From an uncultured delta proteobacterium (GTDB taxonomy: Bacteria > Myxococcota_A > Polyangia > Fen-1088): a stretch of 64,000 nt of DNA. Below are positions 30,612 through 41,465 of the stretch, piece by piece (positions within the stretch are counted from its first letter, which is position 1; each line of letters opens with the position of its first letter). The notes beneath the pieces are model-generated. The model was not told the DNA's origin, did not search any database, and worked only from the letters and a program-made list of their open reading frames with translations. Where the stretch lies: the NCBI GenBank assembly GCA_963767925.1, contig CAVYGB010000008.1, forward strand, positions 928,001 to 992,000. Direction: 5' to 3'. The position numbers and the translations under genes were made by a program.

Positions 30612-31144
30612 GCGGCTTCTTCTTTCCCCAGGAGGGCCGCCAGCCGGGCGACGGCCTGGTGCAGGCGGCTCTTCACGGTGCCGCGCGGGCACTCCAGGAT
30701 GGCGGCGGTCTCCTCCTCGGAAAAGCCGTGGTAATAGCGCAGGATCATCGCGCTCCTCTGGGCCTCGGGCAGGCGCGCGACGAGTGCCCGCGCGTCGAGG
30801 GCGTCGTCGGGAGAGGGGCTGTCCGTCCCCGCGCCGAGCACGCGCTCGGCGGTCTCCGGCGCGACGGGTGGCTCGGCCGCCCGGCGGCCCTGGTCGCGGC
30901 ACAGGTTGAGCGCGATCTGGAACAGCCAGGTGGAGAACCGCCGGGAGGGGTCGAAGCGGGGCGCGGCCCGCACCACCCGGAGCCAGGTCTCCTGCCGCAG
31001 GTCCTCCAGGTTCTGCGCCGGCTGGCCCCCGGTGTGGCGGGACAGGAAGGCATGGAGGCGCCGGTCCCAGCGACCGAGCAGATCGGCCAGGGCGCGGCCG
31101 TCGCCCCTGGCCAACCGGCCGACGAGGTCCTCGTCGCTCGCCAT
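30608..31144 (-). CDS. ECF RNA polymerase sigma factor
   Basis: EDLRQETWL, FSTWLFQIALN, GTVKSRLH. Confidence 0.92.
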   Translation of the reverse strand: MASDEDLVGRLARGDGRALADLLGRWDRRLHAFLSRHTGGQPAQNLEDLRQETWLRVVRAAPRFDPSRRFSTWLFQIALNLCRDQGRRAAEPPVAPETAERVLGAGTDSPSPDDALDARALVARLPEAQRSAMILRYYHGFSEEETAAILECPRGTVKSRLHQAVARLAALLGKEEAA

Positions 31145-31166
31145 GCGCGGGCCATCATGGCACGGC

Positions 31167-31577
31167 CTACTGGGTCCAGGTCCCGGCGTCGCCGCCGCTG
31201 GCGGGCTTGTTGCCGAACAGCTTGCGGACCATGTCGCTCAGGCGGGTAACCGCGCGCACGAGCGGAGGCTCGTGCCCCGGCTCGCGCGGGATCACCAGCC
31301 AGAGGCCCACGTAGGCGACCGCGCCAACCAGGTGGAGCAGGGTCAGCACCACGAAGGACAGGCGGATGGGGGTCACCGGCAAGGCCAGCGACTGGGCCAG
31401 GGCCGTGCACACGCCGGCGACCTTCTTGTCCGGGTGGGCCCGGTGCCAGCGCTGCGGATCGCGCAGGTTGAGCCGGCTGCGGCAGTGCGGGCAGAGCACG
31501 GCGCGGGGGGAGATGTTCTCGGCGCAGTAGGGGCAGGGCCGGGTCTGGTCGTCGTCCATGTTGGCGTTGGCCTCCAT
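31167..31577 (-). CDS. Zinc-ribbon plus PspC domain protein (second copy; start 31577 or 31559)
   Basis: CPYCAENI..CPHC; KKVAGVCTALA..IRLSF..YVGLWLVIP. Confidence 0.85.
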   Translation of the reverse strand: MEANANMDDDQTRPCPYCAENISPRAVLCPHCRSRLNLRDPQRWHRAHPDKKVAGVCTALAQSLALPVTPIRLSFVVLTLLHLVGAVAYVGLWLVIPREPGHEPPLVRAVTRLSDMVRKLFGNKPASGGDAGTWTQ

Positions 31578-31583
31578 GCCCGT

Positions 31584-31611
31584 AATACGCAGCTCCGGCC
31601 CCCCAGGTTCA
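31584..31611 (-). promoter_or_regulatory. ECF-type promoter (TGAACC-N16-CGTATT)
   Basis: Minus strand -35 GAACC (31606-31610), 16-nt spacer, -10 CGTA (31586-31589), directly upstream of the pspC-sigma operon. Confidence 0.7.
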
Positions 31612-31656
31612 ATCGCTCCGGAGAATCTCGAAGTTTTCTCCAAGGCCGCGAAAGGA

Positions 31657-31679
31657 CGGGCCTTTTTTCGGGAGGCCCG
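31657..31679 (-). terminator. Possible terminator hairpin after the DUF853 gene
   Basis: CGGGCCT..AGGCCCG stem; only a weak U-tract. Confidence 0.35.
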
Positions 31680-31697
31680 ACCCCTGGTCTGCGCGAT

Positions 31698-33269
<1,572 letters not shown>

Positions 33270-33314
33270 GGCCCTACGCTATCCAGACCGGCAGACCAGA
33301 GCAAACCGGCCGGG

Positions 33315-34277
33315 TCAGTGGTGGTCGGCGAACTTCTCGCCCGCCTCGACCGCCACCTTGAGGCGGTTCCGGGGCGGGGGCAGGGGGCAGGTGGCGTAGG
33401 CCGTGAACGCGCAGGGGGGCGTGTAGGCCTTGTTGAAGTCGAGCACCACCTTGTCGTCCTTCGGCAGGTCGGTGTAGACGAAACGCCCCGCGCCGTAGGT
33501 CTGCCTGCCGGCGGTCGTGTCGCGGAAGATCACGAACAGGCGCTGATCGCCCTCCGCCTCGATGACAGGGTCCAGCGACAGGTCCCGCGTGCCCAGCCGG
33601 AAGTGGAGGCGGCCCGGGCTGACCATGTCGGTCGTCCCTCCGAGCACGCTCGGAACCTTGACCTTGATTGGCTGGGCGTGGGGCACGAAGCGGGCGACGA
33701 CCTTGTAGCTGGCGTCGGTGCGGTAGTACTCGAGGCCCTTGAAGGCGGTGCGCTTGGGGCTGCGCAGGTCCCGCACCCGGATGCCCATCCGCCCCTCGCG
33801 GTCGATCACGAAGAAGCGCACGTCGCCGATCGCCACAACGTCGTAAGGACCGGGGAAGTCGTCGTTCAGCTCGGCCTTGACCAGGGGCCGGTCTTCGCTC
33901 CCCACCCTCAAGGTGGCCTTGGCCTCGGGCGCCACCTCGACCGTGACCCGACCGTTGGCCAGGGTCAAAACGCCCGCCCGGGCCGGCACCGAATGGCCCG
34001 GCAGGACCACCGCGTTGGTGGCTGCGCTGCCAAAGGGGTTGGCGCCCGGCTTCAGCCAGATCAGGCCAGAGACCACCAGCCAGCCCTCGTCGGAGGTGAG
34101 GCGGGTGAGCCGCTGCTTTTGCCAGGCCTCGATCTCTTTCCCGTAGGTCTCGTCAGCCTGTGCGAGGGGGCCCGTCATGACCGCTGCCAGCGCGAGCGCC
34201 GCCGGGCCGGCCAGGAGCCATCCACGTCGGTTCGCCACATGTCTGTCCTTGCGCATGGTGAAGGGGGAGTCTGTCAC
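33315..34277 (-). CDS. DUF1684 family exported protein
   Basis: LFVIFRDTTAG..TYGAGRF, LDFNKAYTPPCAFTAYATCPLPP, AGEK. Confidence 0.9.
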   Translation of the reverse strand: MTDSPFTMRKDRHVANRRGWLLAGPAALALAAVMTGPLAQADETYGKEIEAWQKQRLTRLTSDEGWLVVSGLIWLKPGANPFGSAATNAVVLPGHSVPARAGVLTLANGRVTVEVAPEAKATLRVGSEDRPLVKAELNDDFPGPYDVVAIGDVRFFVIDREGRMGIRVRDLRSPKRTAFKGLEYYRTDASYKVVARFVPHAQPIKVKVPSVLGGTTDMVSPGRLHFRLGTRDLSLDPVIEAEGDQRLFVIFRDTTAGRQTYGAGRFVYTDLPKDDKVVLDFNKAYTPPCAFTAYATCPLPPPRNRLKVAVEAGEKFADHH

Positions 34278-35167
34278 CGGGTGGACGGGCTGACCACCCC
34301 CTCGCTGGTCGGCCCGGTCGGGCGGCTGCCCACCGGCCGGCGGGCGGCCCGCAGCAGCGGCGCGGTCGGAGGGAGGCGGCCGACGACCAGCTCGACCGCC
34401 CGCGCGGCCTGATGCACGAGCATCGGCAGGCCGTCCTGGTAGCGGGTGGATCGCCGGCGGGCCAGGGCGGCCAGCGGGGTGGCGTCGCCGTAGGCCATCT
34501 CGAGCACGGCGGTGGCGCGCTCGAGGCCCTTCATCCCCGCGGCGGCCTCCGCCTCGGCCCAGGCCGAGGCCGGGACCGCGGAGACAAGCGCGGTGGCGCC
34601 CTCGAGCGCGCGCTCGAGGCGGTCGGGCGTCCAGGTCGACACCGAGATGCGGGCGCGCGCGCGTGCGGCGAAGCGACCGCGCAGGGCGCGGGCGGGGCCC
34701 GGGCGGCGGGCGATCAGGCGCACCGACGCCCCCGCCGCGATCAGGGCGGCCAGCCCCCCGGCGGCGGCCCCACCGGAGCCCACCAGCACGAAGGTCTGCT
34801 TCGGTCCGGCCTGGATCCCGAGATCGCCCAGCGCGGTGATCAGCCCGTAGCCGTCGGTGTTCTCGGCCCGGATGCGCCGCCGCTTGCCCCGGCCCCGGAA
34901 GACGAGGGTGTTGGCGGCGGCCATCGCGTGCACCAGCGGCGCGGCGCTGTCGGCGATCGCGGCCGCCTCGCGCTTGTGGGGGATTGTGACGTTGAGGTAG
35001 TCGAAGCCACCTTCCCGCAGCCGTTCGACCAGGGGGGCAAAGCCGGCCGGGTCCACGCTGATGGCCTGGTAGCTGCCGTCCAGGCCCAGCGCCCGGAAGG
35101 CGGCGGTATGGATGGCCGGGGATCGGCTGCGGCTCACGTCGGCGCCCAGCACCGCCCCCCGGATCAT
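34274..35167 (-). CDS. aroE: Shikimate dehydrogenase
   Basis: SRSPAIH, NVTIPHK, ANT, NTDGYG, GSGGAA, DGLPMLVHQA. Confidence 0.9.
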   Translation of the reverse strand: MIRGAVLGADVSRSRSPAIHTAAFRALGLDGSYQAISVDPAGFAPLVERLREGGFDYLNVTIPHKREAAAIADSAAPLVHAMAAANTLVFRGRGKRRRIRAENTDGYGLITALGDLGIQAGPKQTFVLVGSGGAAAGGLAALIAAGASVRLIARRPGPARALRGRFAARARARISVSTWTPDRLERALEGATALVSAVPASAWAEAEAAAGMKGLERATAVLEMAYGDATPLAALARRRSTRYQDGLPMLVHQAARAVELVVGRLPPTAPLLRAARRPVGSRPTGPTSEGVVSPSTR

Positions 35168-36768
35168 GGCTTCTTCTCCGGGGCCAGCGCGACGCTCTCG
35201 ACCCGCGTCCCGACCTCGCCGTCCCGGAACAGCACCTGCAGCGCCTCGCCCGGCTGCACCGCGGAGGCGGCCGTGACCACTTGCCCGTCGGGCCGGCGGG
35301 CCAGGCTGTAACCCCGGTCCAGGACCGACAGCGGCGACAGCGTGGCCAGCTTGGCGGTCAGCCCCTCGAGGCTCCGTCGCCGCTGGCTCAGCCGGCTGGT
35401 GGCCGCCGCGCCCAGGCCCCGCTCCAGGCGGGCCAGGGTCGCCCGCTGCTCGGCGATGCGCCGCTGCGGATGGGCCCGCAGCAGCCGCGCCTCCAGGGCG
35501 CGCAGCAGCTCCCGCTGGCGCCGGACGCCGGCCCGGAGGGCGGTCCCGGCGCGAGCCTGCAGGTCGTCCAGCCCCTGGCGGCGGGCCTCGACCAGGCGGC
35601 GCGGCGCCGGCAGCCGCCTGCCCAGGCGCTCGAGCGCCAGGCGGCAGGTCCGGATTTCGCCCTGGGTCGCCCGGGCCAGCCGCCGCCCGAGGACCTGCAG
35701 CTCGAGCAGCAGGTCGGCCGCCACCGGCACCGAGATCTCGGCGGCGGCCGAGGGGGTGGGGGCCCGGCTATCGGCCACGAAGTCGGCGATGGTGAAGTCG
35801 GTCTCGTGGCCAACGCCGGAGATCACGGGCACCCGGCAGGCGGCGATGGCCCGGGCCAGCCCCTCGTCGTTGAAACACCACAGGTCCTCGGCCGAGCCGC
35901 CCCCCCGGGCCAGGATGACGACGTCGACGTCGCGGACCGCCGCCACCGAGCGGAGCGCCGCCACGATCGAAACGGCGGCGCCGTCACCCTGGACGGGCGT
36001 GGGCGCGAGCAGGATCGGGACGGGGAAACGCCGGTGGGCCACCCGCACGATGTCGCGGATGACGGCGCCGCCCGGGGAGGTCACCACCCCGATGCGCCGG
36101 GGCAAGAAGGGCAGGGGTCGCTTTCGCTCGGGCGCGAACAGCCCCTCCGCGGTGAGCTTGCGCTTGAGCTCCTCGAAGGCCTGCGCCAGCAGGCCCGCGC
36201 CCGCCGGCTCGATGGCGGTAACCGAGAACTGGAACTTGCCCCGCCCCTCGTAAATCGTGAGGCGCCCGCGGCAGCGGACCTGCAGGCCGTCGGCCAGCGG
36301 GATGCGCAGCCGATTCGCCTCGCGCGAGAACAGGACGCAGTCGATCTGGGCCTCGCCATCCTTGAGGCAGAAGTAGAGGTGCCCCGGCCCCGACTTGCGG
36401 CAGCCCGACACCTCGCCCTCGACCCGGACGTCCCCGAAGCGGGTCTCGAGCGACAGCCGCGCCGACCGCACCAGCTCGGTGACGCCGAAGATGCGGGGAG
36501 CAGCGGCCCTGGGGGCCGGTTCGCCGGGCGCCTCGGCCCGGAGGTCGCCCTCCTCCATGTCCCCCCGGTCCCACAGGTCGAGGGGCGGCCCCTCGCCGTC
36601 TTCAATACGGTCTCCGTCGCGGTCCGGGCCGGCGTTTTCGCTGGCGCTCTCGCTGGTTTGCCCGGGCTGGACGGCCTGACCGACCGCCCGCAGGCGGGCC
36701 TCGAAGAACGAGAGTTGCCCGTCCCGGCTCTCCTCCGGCGCGAACGGCCGTCCCCGGCTGCGGGCCAT
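35164..36768 (-). CDS. xseA: Exodeoxyribonuclease VII large subunit with N-terminal extension
   Basis: GHLYFCLKD, IGVVTSPGGAVIRD, ARGGGSAEDLW, SGVGHETD, PTPSAAAE, LSPLSVLDRGY. Confidence 0.93.
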   Translation of the reverse strand: MARSRGRPFAPEESRDGQLSFFEARLRAVGQAVQPGQTSESASENAGPDRDGDRIEDGEGPPLDLWDRGDMEEGDLRAEAPGEPAPRAAAPRIFGVTELVRSARLSLETRFGDVRVEGEVSGCRKSGPGHLYFCLKDGEAQIDCVLFSREANRLRIPLADGLQVRCRGRLTIYEGRGKFQFSVTAIEPAGAGLLAQAFEELKRKLTAEGLFAPERKRPLPFLPRRIGVVTSPGGAVIRDIVRVAHRRFPVPILLAPTPVQGDGAAVSIVAALRSVAAVRDVDVVILARGGGSAEDLWCFNDEGLARAIAACRVPVISGVGHETDFTIADFVADSRAPTPSAAAEISVPVAADLLLELQVLGRRLARATQGEIRTCRLALERLGRRLPAPRRLVEARRQGLDDLQARAGTALRAGVRRQRELLRALEARLLRAHPQRRIAEQRATLARLERGLGAAATSRLSQRRRSLEGLTAKLATLSPLSVLDRGYSLARRPDGQVVTAASAVQPGEALQVLFRDGEVGTRVESVALAPEKKP

Positions 36769-36770
36769 GG

Positions 36771-37346
36771 CTACTTGCCCGCCCGGCTGGCCGCGCGCTC
36801 CTGATCGGCCGCGTTGTTGCGGATGGTCTCGAGGTCGATCACCGCCCGCCGCTTGCGCTCCTCGGCCTCCGCGGAGAACCCGGAGTACCCCCAGCGGCCG
36901 TCGGTTCCCCGGCGGAACCGGAGGGGGGAACCTCCCGCGGGGAGGGCCTCCTGCTCGTCGGGGCCGACCGCGACCAGCGGGGGCGCTGCGCGAGAAGGTC
37001 CCAGCAGGCGGCCGAGCTCGGCCCAGCGGGCCTCGGACATCTCCTCGGCGAACAGGGTGGCCTCGTCCTCGCTGAGCGCGCCGGCCTCGAACCGGCGGGT
37101 CGCCTGATCCCGCGCCGGCCCCTCCGGCAGGTTGCTCAGCAGGATGTCGTAGGCCTCGCGGTGGGTCTTGCGGATGGTCATCAACGACCAGCGCGTCGGC
37201 AGGTCGAGGACCCGGTAGAGGTCGTCGGCCCGTTTCGCGCTCACCGCCTGCACGAGGCGATGGTACGCCTCCTCGGGGGTTTTTGCCCCCCGATTGCAGG
37301 CGCAAACCGTCGCCGCCGCCAGCAGCACCCAGCCCACGATTCGCAC
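36771..37346 (-). CDS. Hypothetical lipoprotein
   Basis: GTG start with AGGGA RBS, lipobox VCAC; stops 2 nt before the xseA start. Confidence 0.7.
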   Translation of the reverse strand: MRIVGWVLLAAATVCACNRGAKTPEEAYHRLVQAVSAKRADDLYRVLDLPTRWSLMTIRKTHREAYDILLSNLPEGPARDQATRRFEAGALSEDEATLFAEEMSEARWAELGRLLGPSRAAPPLVAVGPDEQEALPAGGSPLRFRRGTDGRWGYSGFSAEAEERKRRAVIDLETIRNNAADQERAASRAGK

Positions 37347-37446
37347 AGCGTCCCTGGTTGACCGCACCAGGGCCCCAGATACCGGAATCCAGTGTCCCGG
37401 GCAAGGGCCCTGGGGCCGCGCGCGTGCTAAAGTGCCGCGCTCGACG

Positions 37447-38547
37447 GTGAGCGAAGTCGAATCAAGATCTGGACCGCCGGGTGGTCCCGCGGCGGCGGGT
37501 CCCGCGCCCGACGAGTTCGCCCATATTCCGGGCCGCTCGGGGCGGCCCCCCCTGCTGGCACTCCTGACGGTGGCGGTGGCGGTGTTCCTCATCGCGCGCC
37601 TGCGGCACGACGTGGGGTATGCGCTGTCCTCGGGTGCGCCGGCCGAGCTCGGCGACGCGCGGGCGCTGGCGGGCCAGCCCCTCGAGCGGCTCCCCCTCAA
37701 CCGTTACGTCCGGCTCTCTGGCCTGCCCGAACGGGAGAGCGCGGTCATCCTCGATCCCCGGGGCTCCTGGGAGTTCTCGCAGCTCTTCCGGCTGCACGGC
37801 ACCGGCGGCCGCCTGTTCGTGCGCCGCCGCGCGGACCCGTTGCCCCCCGCGCTGGCCGAACGGGACGTCTTCACCGGCCGGCTCATGCGCTTTTCCGATC
37901 TGTCGTTCGCCGAGTCGATCGGTCGCCACTTCGCCGAGCGGGTGACCGCTACCCACTTCTTCCGGGCCAGCGACCTGGCGGCGGCTCTGGCGCGCCCGGG
38001 CGGCTCCCTCGTGGTGCCCGACCGGACCGGCGAAGCGGTGACCCTGTCGGCCAGCGACCGGCTCGCCTTCGACGTGTTACGCCCCGGCGAATACCACCTC
38101 GAGCTGCCGCGCGAGCGGTTCGCCCAGCGGGCCCAGGTCGAGGCGGCGGTGCAGAAGGCCGGCCTCCGGGTCACGCAGACCCGGGAGGCCGGAGCCGTGT
38201 GGGCCGTCATCGGGGCCGTCCCCGACGCCGATCGGGACCGCGCGCTCTCGGCGCTGGCCGAGCTCGACCGGGCGGTCCGTTTCCGGCCGGGCCGCGACAC
38301 CTTCGAGGTCAAGCCGGGCGAGGTGCGGGCGACGCCGGCCGCCTTCGACCTCGGCCCCCCGGCCGGGCTGGTCCCCTTCGACCGGGTGGCCGCCATCCGC
38401 ACGCTTACCGCGGTGCGGGTCCCCGACGACGCCGTCCTGCTGCTGGAGGGGGAGGCGCCCCGCTCGCAGGTCAAGGCGGTGGTGATCCTCGCCGTCCTGG
38501 TCGTGTTCGGAACGGTCAGCTTGCTGGCGCTGCGCCGTCCAGCCTAA
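37447..38547 (+). CDS. Hypothetical membrane protein (N- and C-terminal TM helices)
   Basis: Two hydrophobic segments, coding-like GC3, 9 nt upstream of cysS. Confidence 0.7.
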   Translation: MSEVESRSGPPGGPAAAGPAPDEFAHIPGRSGRPPLLALLTVAVAVFLIARLRHDVGYALSSGAPAELGDARALAGQPLERLPLNRYVRLSGLPERESAVILDPRGSWEFSQLFRLHGTGGRLFVRRRADPLPPALAERDVFTGRLMRFSDLSFAESIGRHFAERVTATHFFRASDLAAALARPGGSLVVPDRTGEAVTLSASDRLAFDVLRPGEYHLELPRERFAQRAQVEAAVQKAGLRVTQTREAGAVWAVIGAVPDADRDRALSALAELDRAVRFRPGRDTFEVKPGEVRATPAAFDLGPPAGLVPFDRVAAIRTLTAVRVPDDAVLLLEGEAPRSQVKAVVILAVLVVFGTVSLLALRRPA

Positions 38548-38556
38548 ATACCCACC

Positions 38557-40032
38557 ATGTCCTCCACGCTGCGCGTTCACGACACCCGCCTCCGGCGCAA
38601 GGTGGCCTTCGAGCCGAAGACCCCCGGCCAGGTGGGCCTCTACGTGTGCGGCACAACGGTCTACGATCTGTGCCACGTCGGGCACGCCCGCACCTTCGTC
38701 GCCTTCGACGTCATCGCCCGCTACCTGCGCCGCCGCGGCTTCGCCGTGACCTTCGTCCGCAACGTCACCGACGTCGACGACAAGATCATCCGCCGCGCGC
38801 AGGCCGAGGGGAAGACCGCCACGGAAATTTCGACCACCTACACCGAGGCGATGCGCGAGGATTTCGCCGCCCTGGGGCTGGCCCCGCCCGACTCCGAGCC
38901 GCTGGCCACCGCCCACATCCCCGACATCGTCGATGTCATCCGCCGCCTCGAAGAGAAGGGGCTGGCCTACGCCGCCCAGGGGGACGTCTACTACTCCGTC
39001 GGGCAGTTCGAGGCCTACGGGGGCCTCTCCGGGCAGAGCACCGACGAGCTCAAGGCTGGAGCGCGGATCGAGGTGGGTGAGCAGAAGCGCAGCCCGCTCG
39101 ACTTCGCCCTCTGGAAGGCGGCCAAGCCGGGCGAGCCCGCCTGGGAGAGCCCCTGGGGCCCGGGCCGGCCGGGCTGGCATATCGAGTGCTCCGCCATGGC
39201 CCGCTGCTGCCTGGGGGAGAACTTCGACTTTCACGGCGGGGGCACCGACCTCATCTTCCCCCACCACGAGAACGAGATCGCCCAGTCCGAGGGGGCCTTC
39301 GGAGCGGGGACCTTCGCCCGCCACTGGCTCCACTCGGGCATGGTGAACTTCGGTGGCGAGAAGATGTCCAAGTCGCTCGGGAACGTGGTCTCCATCCGCC
39401 GGGTGGCCGAGACCCACGATCTCGAGGCGCTGCGGCTGCTGCTGATCAGCGTCCACTACCGCAGCCCCCTGGCGTTCACCATCGGGCCCGAGGAGGACGG
39501 GCGGGCCGGCCTGCCCGATCTCGACGACGCCGAGGCCCGCCTCGAGTATTTCTACCGGACGCTCGAGCGGCTCGAGGCGGTGGTGGGCCCGCAGGCCGCG
39601 GCCCCCGGCGCGCCGACCGAGTTCCGGACCCGCTTCGAAGCCGCCATGGACGACGACTTCAACACGGCGGCCGTCGTGGGCCACATGTACGACGCCTTCG
39701 TGGCGATGAACAAGCTGCTCGACGAGCCCAAGGCGCTGCCGAAGGCCGAGCGGCTGGCCACCCTGTCCGCCCATGGCCGCGATCTGCGCGAGGCCGGCGT
39801 CACGCTGGGCATGTTGCAGCGGCCAGCCAGCGCGTTCCTGCTGGCCCGCCGGTCCCGCCTGTGCAGCCGGCGCAAGATCGATCCGGCGGCGGTCGAGGCG
39901 GGGATCGTCGACCGGACGGCCGCCCGAGCCGCCCGGGACTTCGCTCGGGCCGACGAGATCCGGGCCGAGCTGCGCGCGCGCGGCATCGAGCTGATGGACA
40001 CCCCCGCCGGCACGACCTGGCGGGTGGCCTGA
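38557..40032 (+). CDS. cysS: Cysteine--tRNA ligase
   Basis: YVCGTTVY..HVGHAR, GRPGWHIECSAM, DLIFPHHENE, KMSKS. Confidence 0.97.
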   Translation: MSSTLRVHDTRLRRKVAFEPKTPGQVGLYVCGTTVYDLCHVGHARTFVAFDVIARYLRRRGFAVTFVRNVTDVDDKIIRRAQAEGKTATEISTTYTEAMREDFAALGLAPPDSEPLATAHIPDIVDVIRRLEEKGLAYAAQGDVYYSVGQFEAYGGLSGQSTDELKAGARIEVGEQKRSPLDFALWKAAKPGEPAWESPWGPGRPGWHIECSAMARCCLGENFDFHGGGTDLIFPHHENEIAQSEGAFGAGTFARHWLHSGMVNFGGEKMSKSLGNVVSIRRVAETHDLEALRLLLISVHYRSPLAFTIGPEEDGRAGLPDLDDAEARLEYFYRTLERLEAVVGPQAAAPGAPTEFRTRFEAAMDDDFNTAAVVGHMYDAFVAMNKLLDEPKALPKAERLATLSAHGRDLREAGVTLGMLQRPASAFLLARRSRLCSRRKIDPAAVEAGIVDRTAARAARDFARADEIRAELRARGIELMDTPAGTTWRVA

Positions 40033-40089
40033 GACCCGGCCCGATTCGGGCCATTCCGAAACCGTCCCGGCCGCTCCGGACGAACAGCC

Positions 40090-41031
40090 TCAGCGGGAGT
40101 CGTTTTCGCCGCCCGCCAGGTAGGCGAGGATGACCTCGTCGAGGCTGCGATCGGCGACCGGCTCGGGAGCGGGCGGGGCGGCGGGCGGGGCGACGGGCGC
40201 GGCGGCGGTGCGGGGGCTGACCGCGCTCACCGGGGCGGCGGCAGGCTGCAGCGGCAGATCGAGCTGCGAGGCCTTCTCCGGCGGATCGGCCAGCGGGTGC
40301 GTGCCCTCCTTGACGACGTAGGGGATCGACTGCGCGGGCCGCCGCGCCCGCATCGGCGGGCGGGCGCTCGCGGCGTCGCCGCCACCTCCCACGCCCACCG
40401 TGCGCTGGACCACCACGGGCCCGCCCATCACCGGCGTTGGCTTGGGCACCCGCCGCCGCTCGGCGGAGACGGTGGCGTATGCCCCCGTGATGGTGGGCGG
40501 AGCCGGGATGGCCACGGGCGTCGGAGTGGCAAGCTCGGCCAACTCCTCGATGACGTCGGTCGCGGACGAAACCGCTGAATATTCTGGCGGATCGAGCGTG
40601 GTCGGCTCGTCATCGAACGTGTCGGCAAACGTGGTCGTCAGTGCGACATCCGCGGGCGCCGGCGGCTTGACCGGCTCGGGAGCCGCGTCCAGATCCAGGG
40701 CCTGGGTTTCCTTCGCCTCGGCCGCCGGTGCGTCCAGCGTTTCGCCACGAGAGTGGAAAAACGCCGTGATCCGGACCTCGTGTTTGCCGCTCTTGAGCTC
40801 CTTGAGGATGGCCTTATGCTGGCTCTGCATGAGCGCGCGCACGACGTCTTCAGCAGCGTTGGGATCGTACTCGAGCTTCTTGGATGCGAGGATCGTGCCG
40901 CCGAAATAAAGATGGGTGAAGATACGGGGACTGATAGGACCCGAGTCTTCGGTCTGGACGTGGAAAATCCGGCCGCGATATTTTACGTTGTGATTGAAGC
41001 CGAGTACGGGGCTCCGAATCGGCTTGGCCAT
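40090..41031 (-). CDS. Hypothetical protein (globular N-domain, long disordered linker, C-terminal helix)
   Basis: GFNHNVKYRGRIFHVQTEDSG..QHKAILKEL; Pro/Ala-rich middle; SLDEVILAYL; TATAAT 8 nt before ATG. Confidence 0.8.
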   Translation of the reverse strand: MAKPIRSPVLGFNHNVKYRGRIFHVQTEDSGPISPRIFTHLYFGGTILASKKLEYDPNAAEDVVRALMQSQHKAILKELKSGKHEVRITAFFHSRGETLDAPAAEAKETQALDLDAAPEPVKPPAPADVALTTTFADTFDDEPTTLDPPEYSAVSSATDVIEELAELATPTPVAIPAPPTITGAYATVSAERRRVPKPTPVMGGPVVVQRTVGVGGGGDAASARPPMRARRPAQSIPYVVKEGTHPLADPPEKASQLDLPLQPAAAPVSAVSPRTAAAPVAPPAAPPAPEPVADRSLDEVILAYLAGGENDSR

Positions 41032-41090
41032 TGATCCCGATTATAGCCGGGCTCAAGGCTGTGCTAAACTCTGACGAAGGAGTCGGTAGC

Positions 41091-41393
41091 GTGGTCAGCG
41101 TCACCGCTCGCAAGATACGAGACACGAGCCGGGACCGCATGTCTCCGATGGCGCTCGGCCGCGCCTACACCGGATACCTCATCAGCTATCCGACGATCGG
41201 CCGTGGCATGGTGATCTTTCGTGATCCCAACGGCCACCGGATGGTCACCACCCCAGTGCGGCGCGTGCTGGGCGAGTTCGGTCGTGAAGAGGTCTACGTG
41301 GAGACGGAGAACTCGGTCTATCGGCTGACGTTCCGCTCCGGGACCCGCACTGCGGCGTCCCGCCCGATGGTCAAGGAAGCCAGCGAGCGCTGA
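41091..41393 (+). CDS. Small hypothetical protein
   Basis: TGCTAAACT then AAGGAG then GTG 41091; beta-rich TTPVRRV..VETENSVYRL. Confidence 0.65.
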   Translation: MVSVTARKIRDTSRDRMSPMALGRAYTGYLISYPTIGRGMVIFRDPNGHRMVTTPVRRVLGEFGREEVYVETENSVYRLTFRSGTRTAASRPMVKEASER

Positions 41394-41465
41394 TCCGGGC
41401 CGGTCGACGACCCGCCGAGGGCTGCCGCTGGCCCCCGGGCCCCGGTTGTGAAATCCTCCGACCCG

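Noticed and set aside
31150..31165. TGGCACGG sigma54-like -24 element on the plus strand
   Set aside because: No -12 TTGC, and it points antisense into the pspC-sigma operon.
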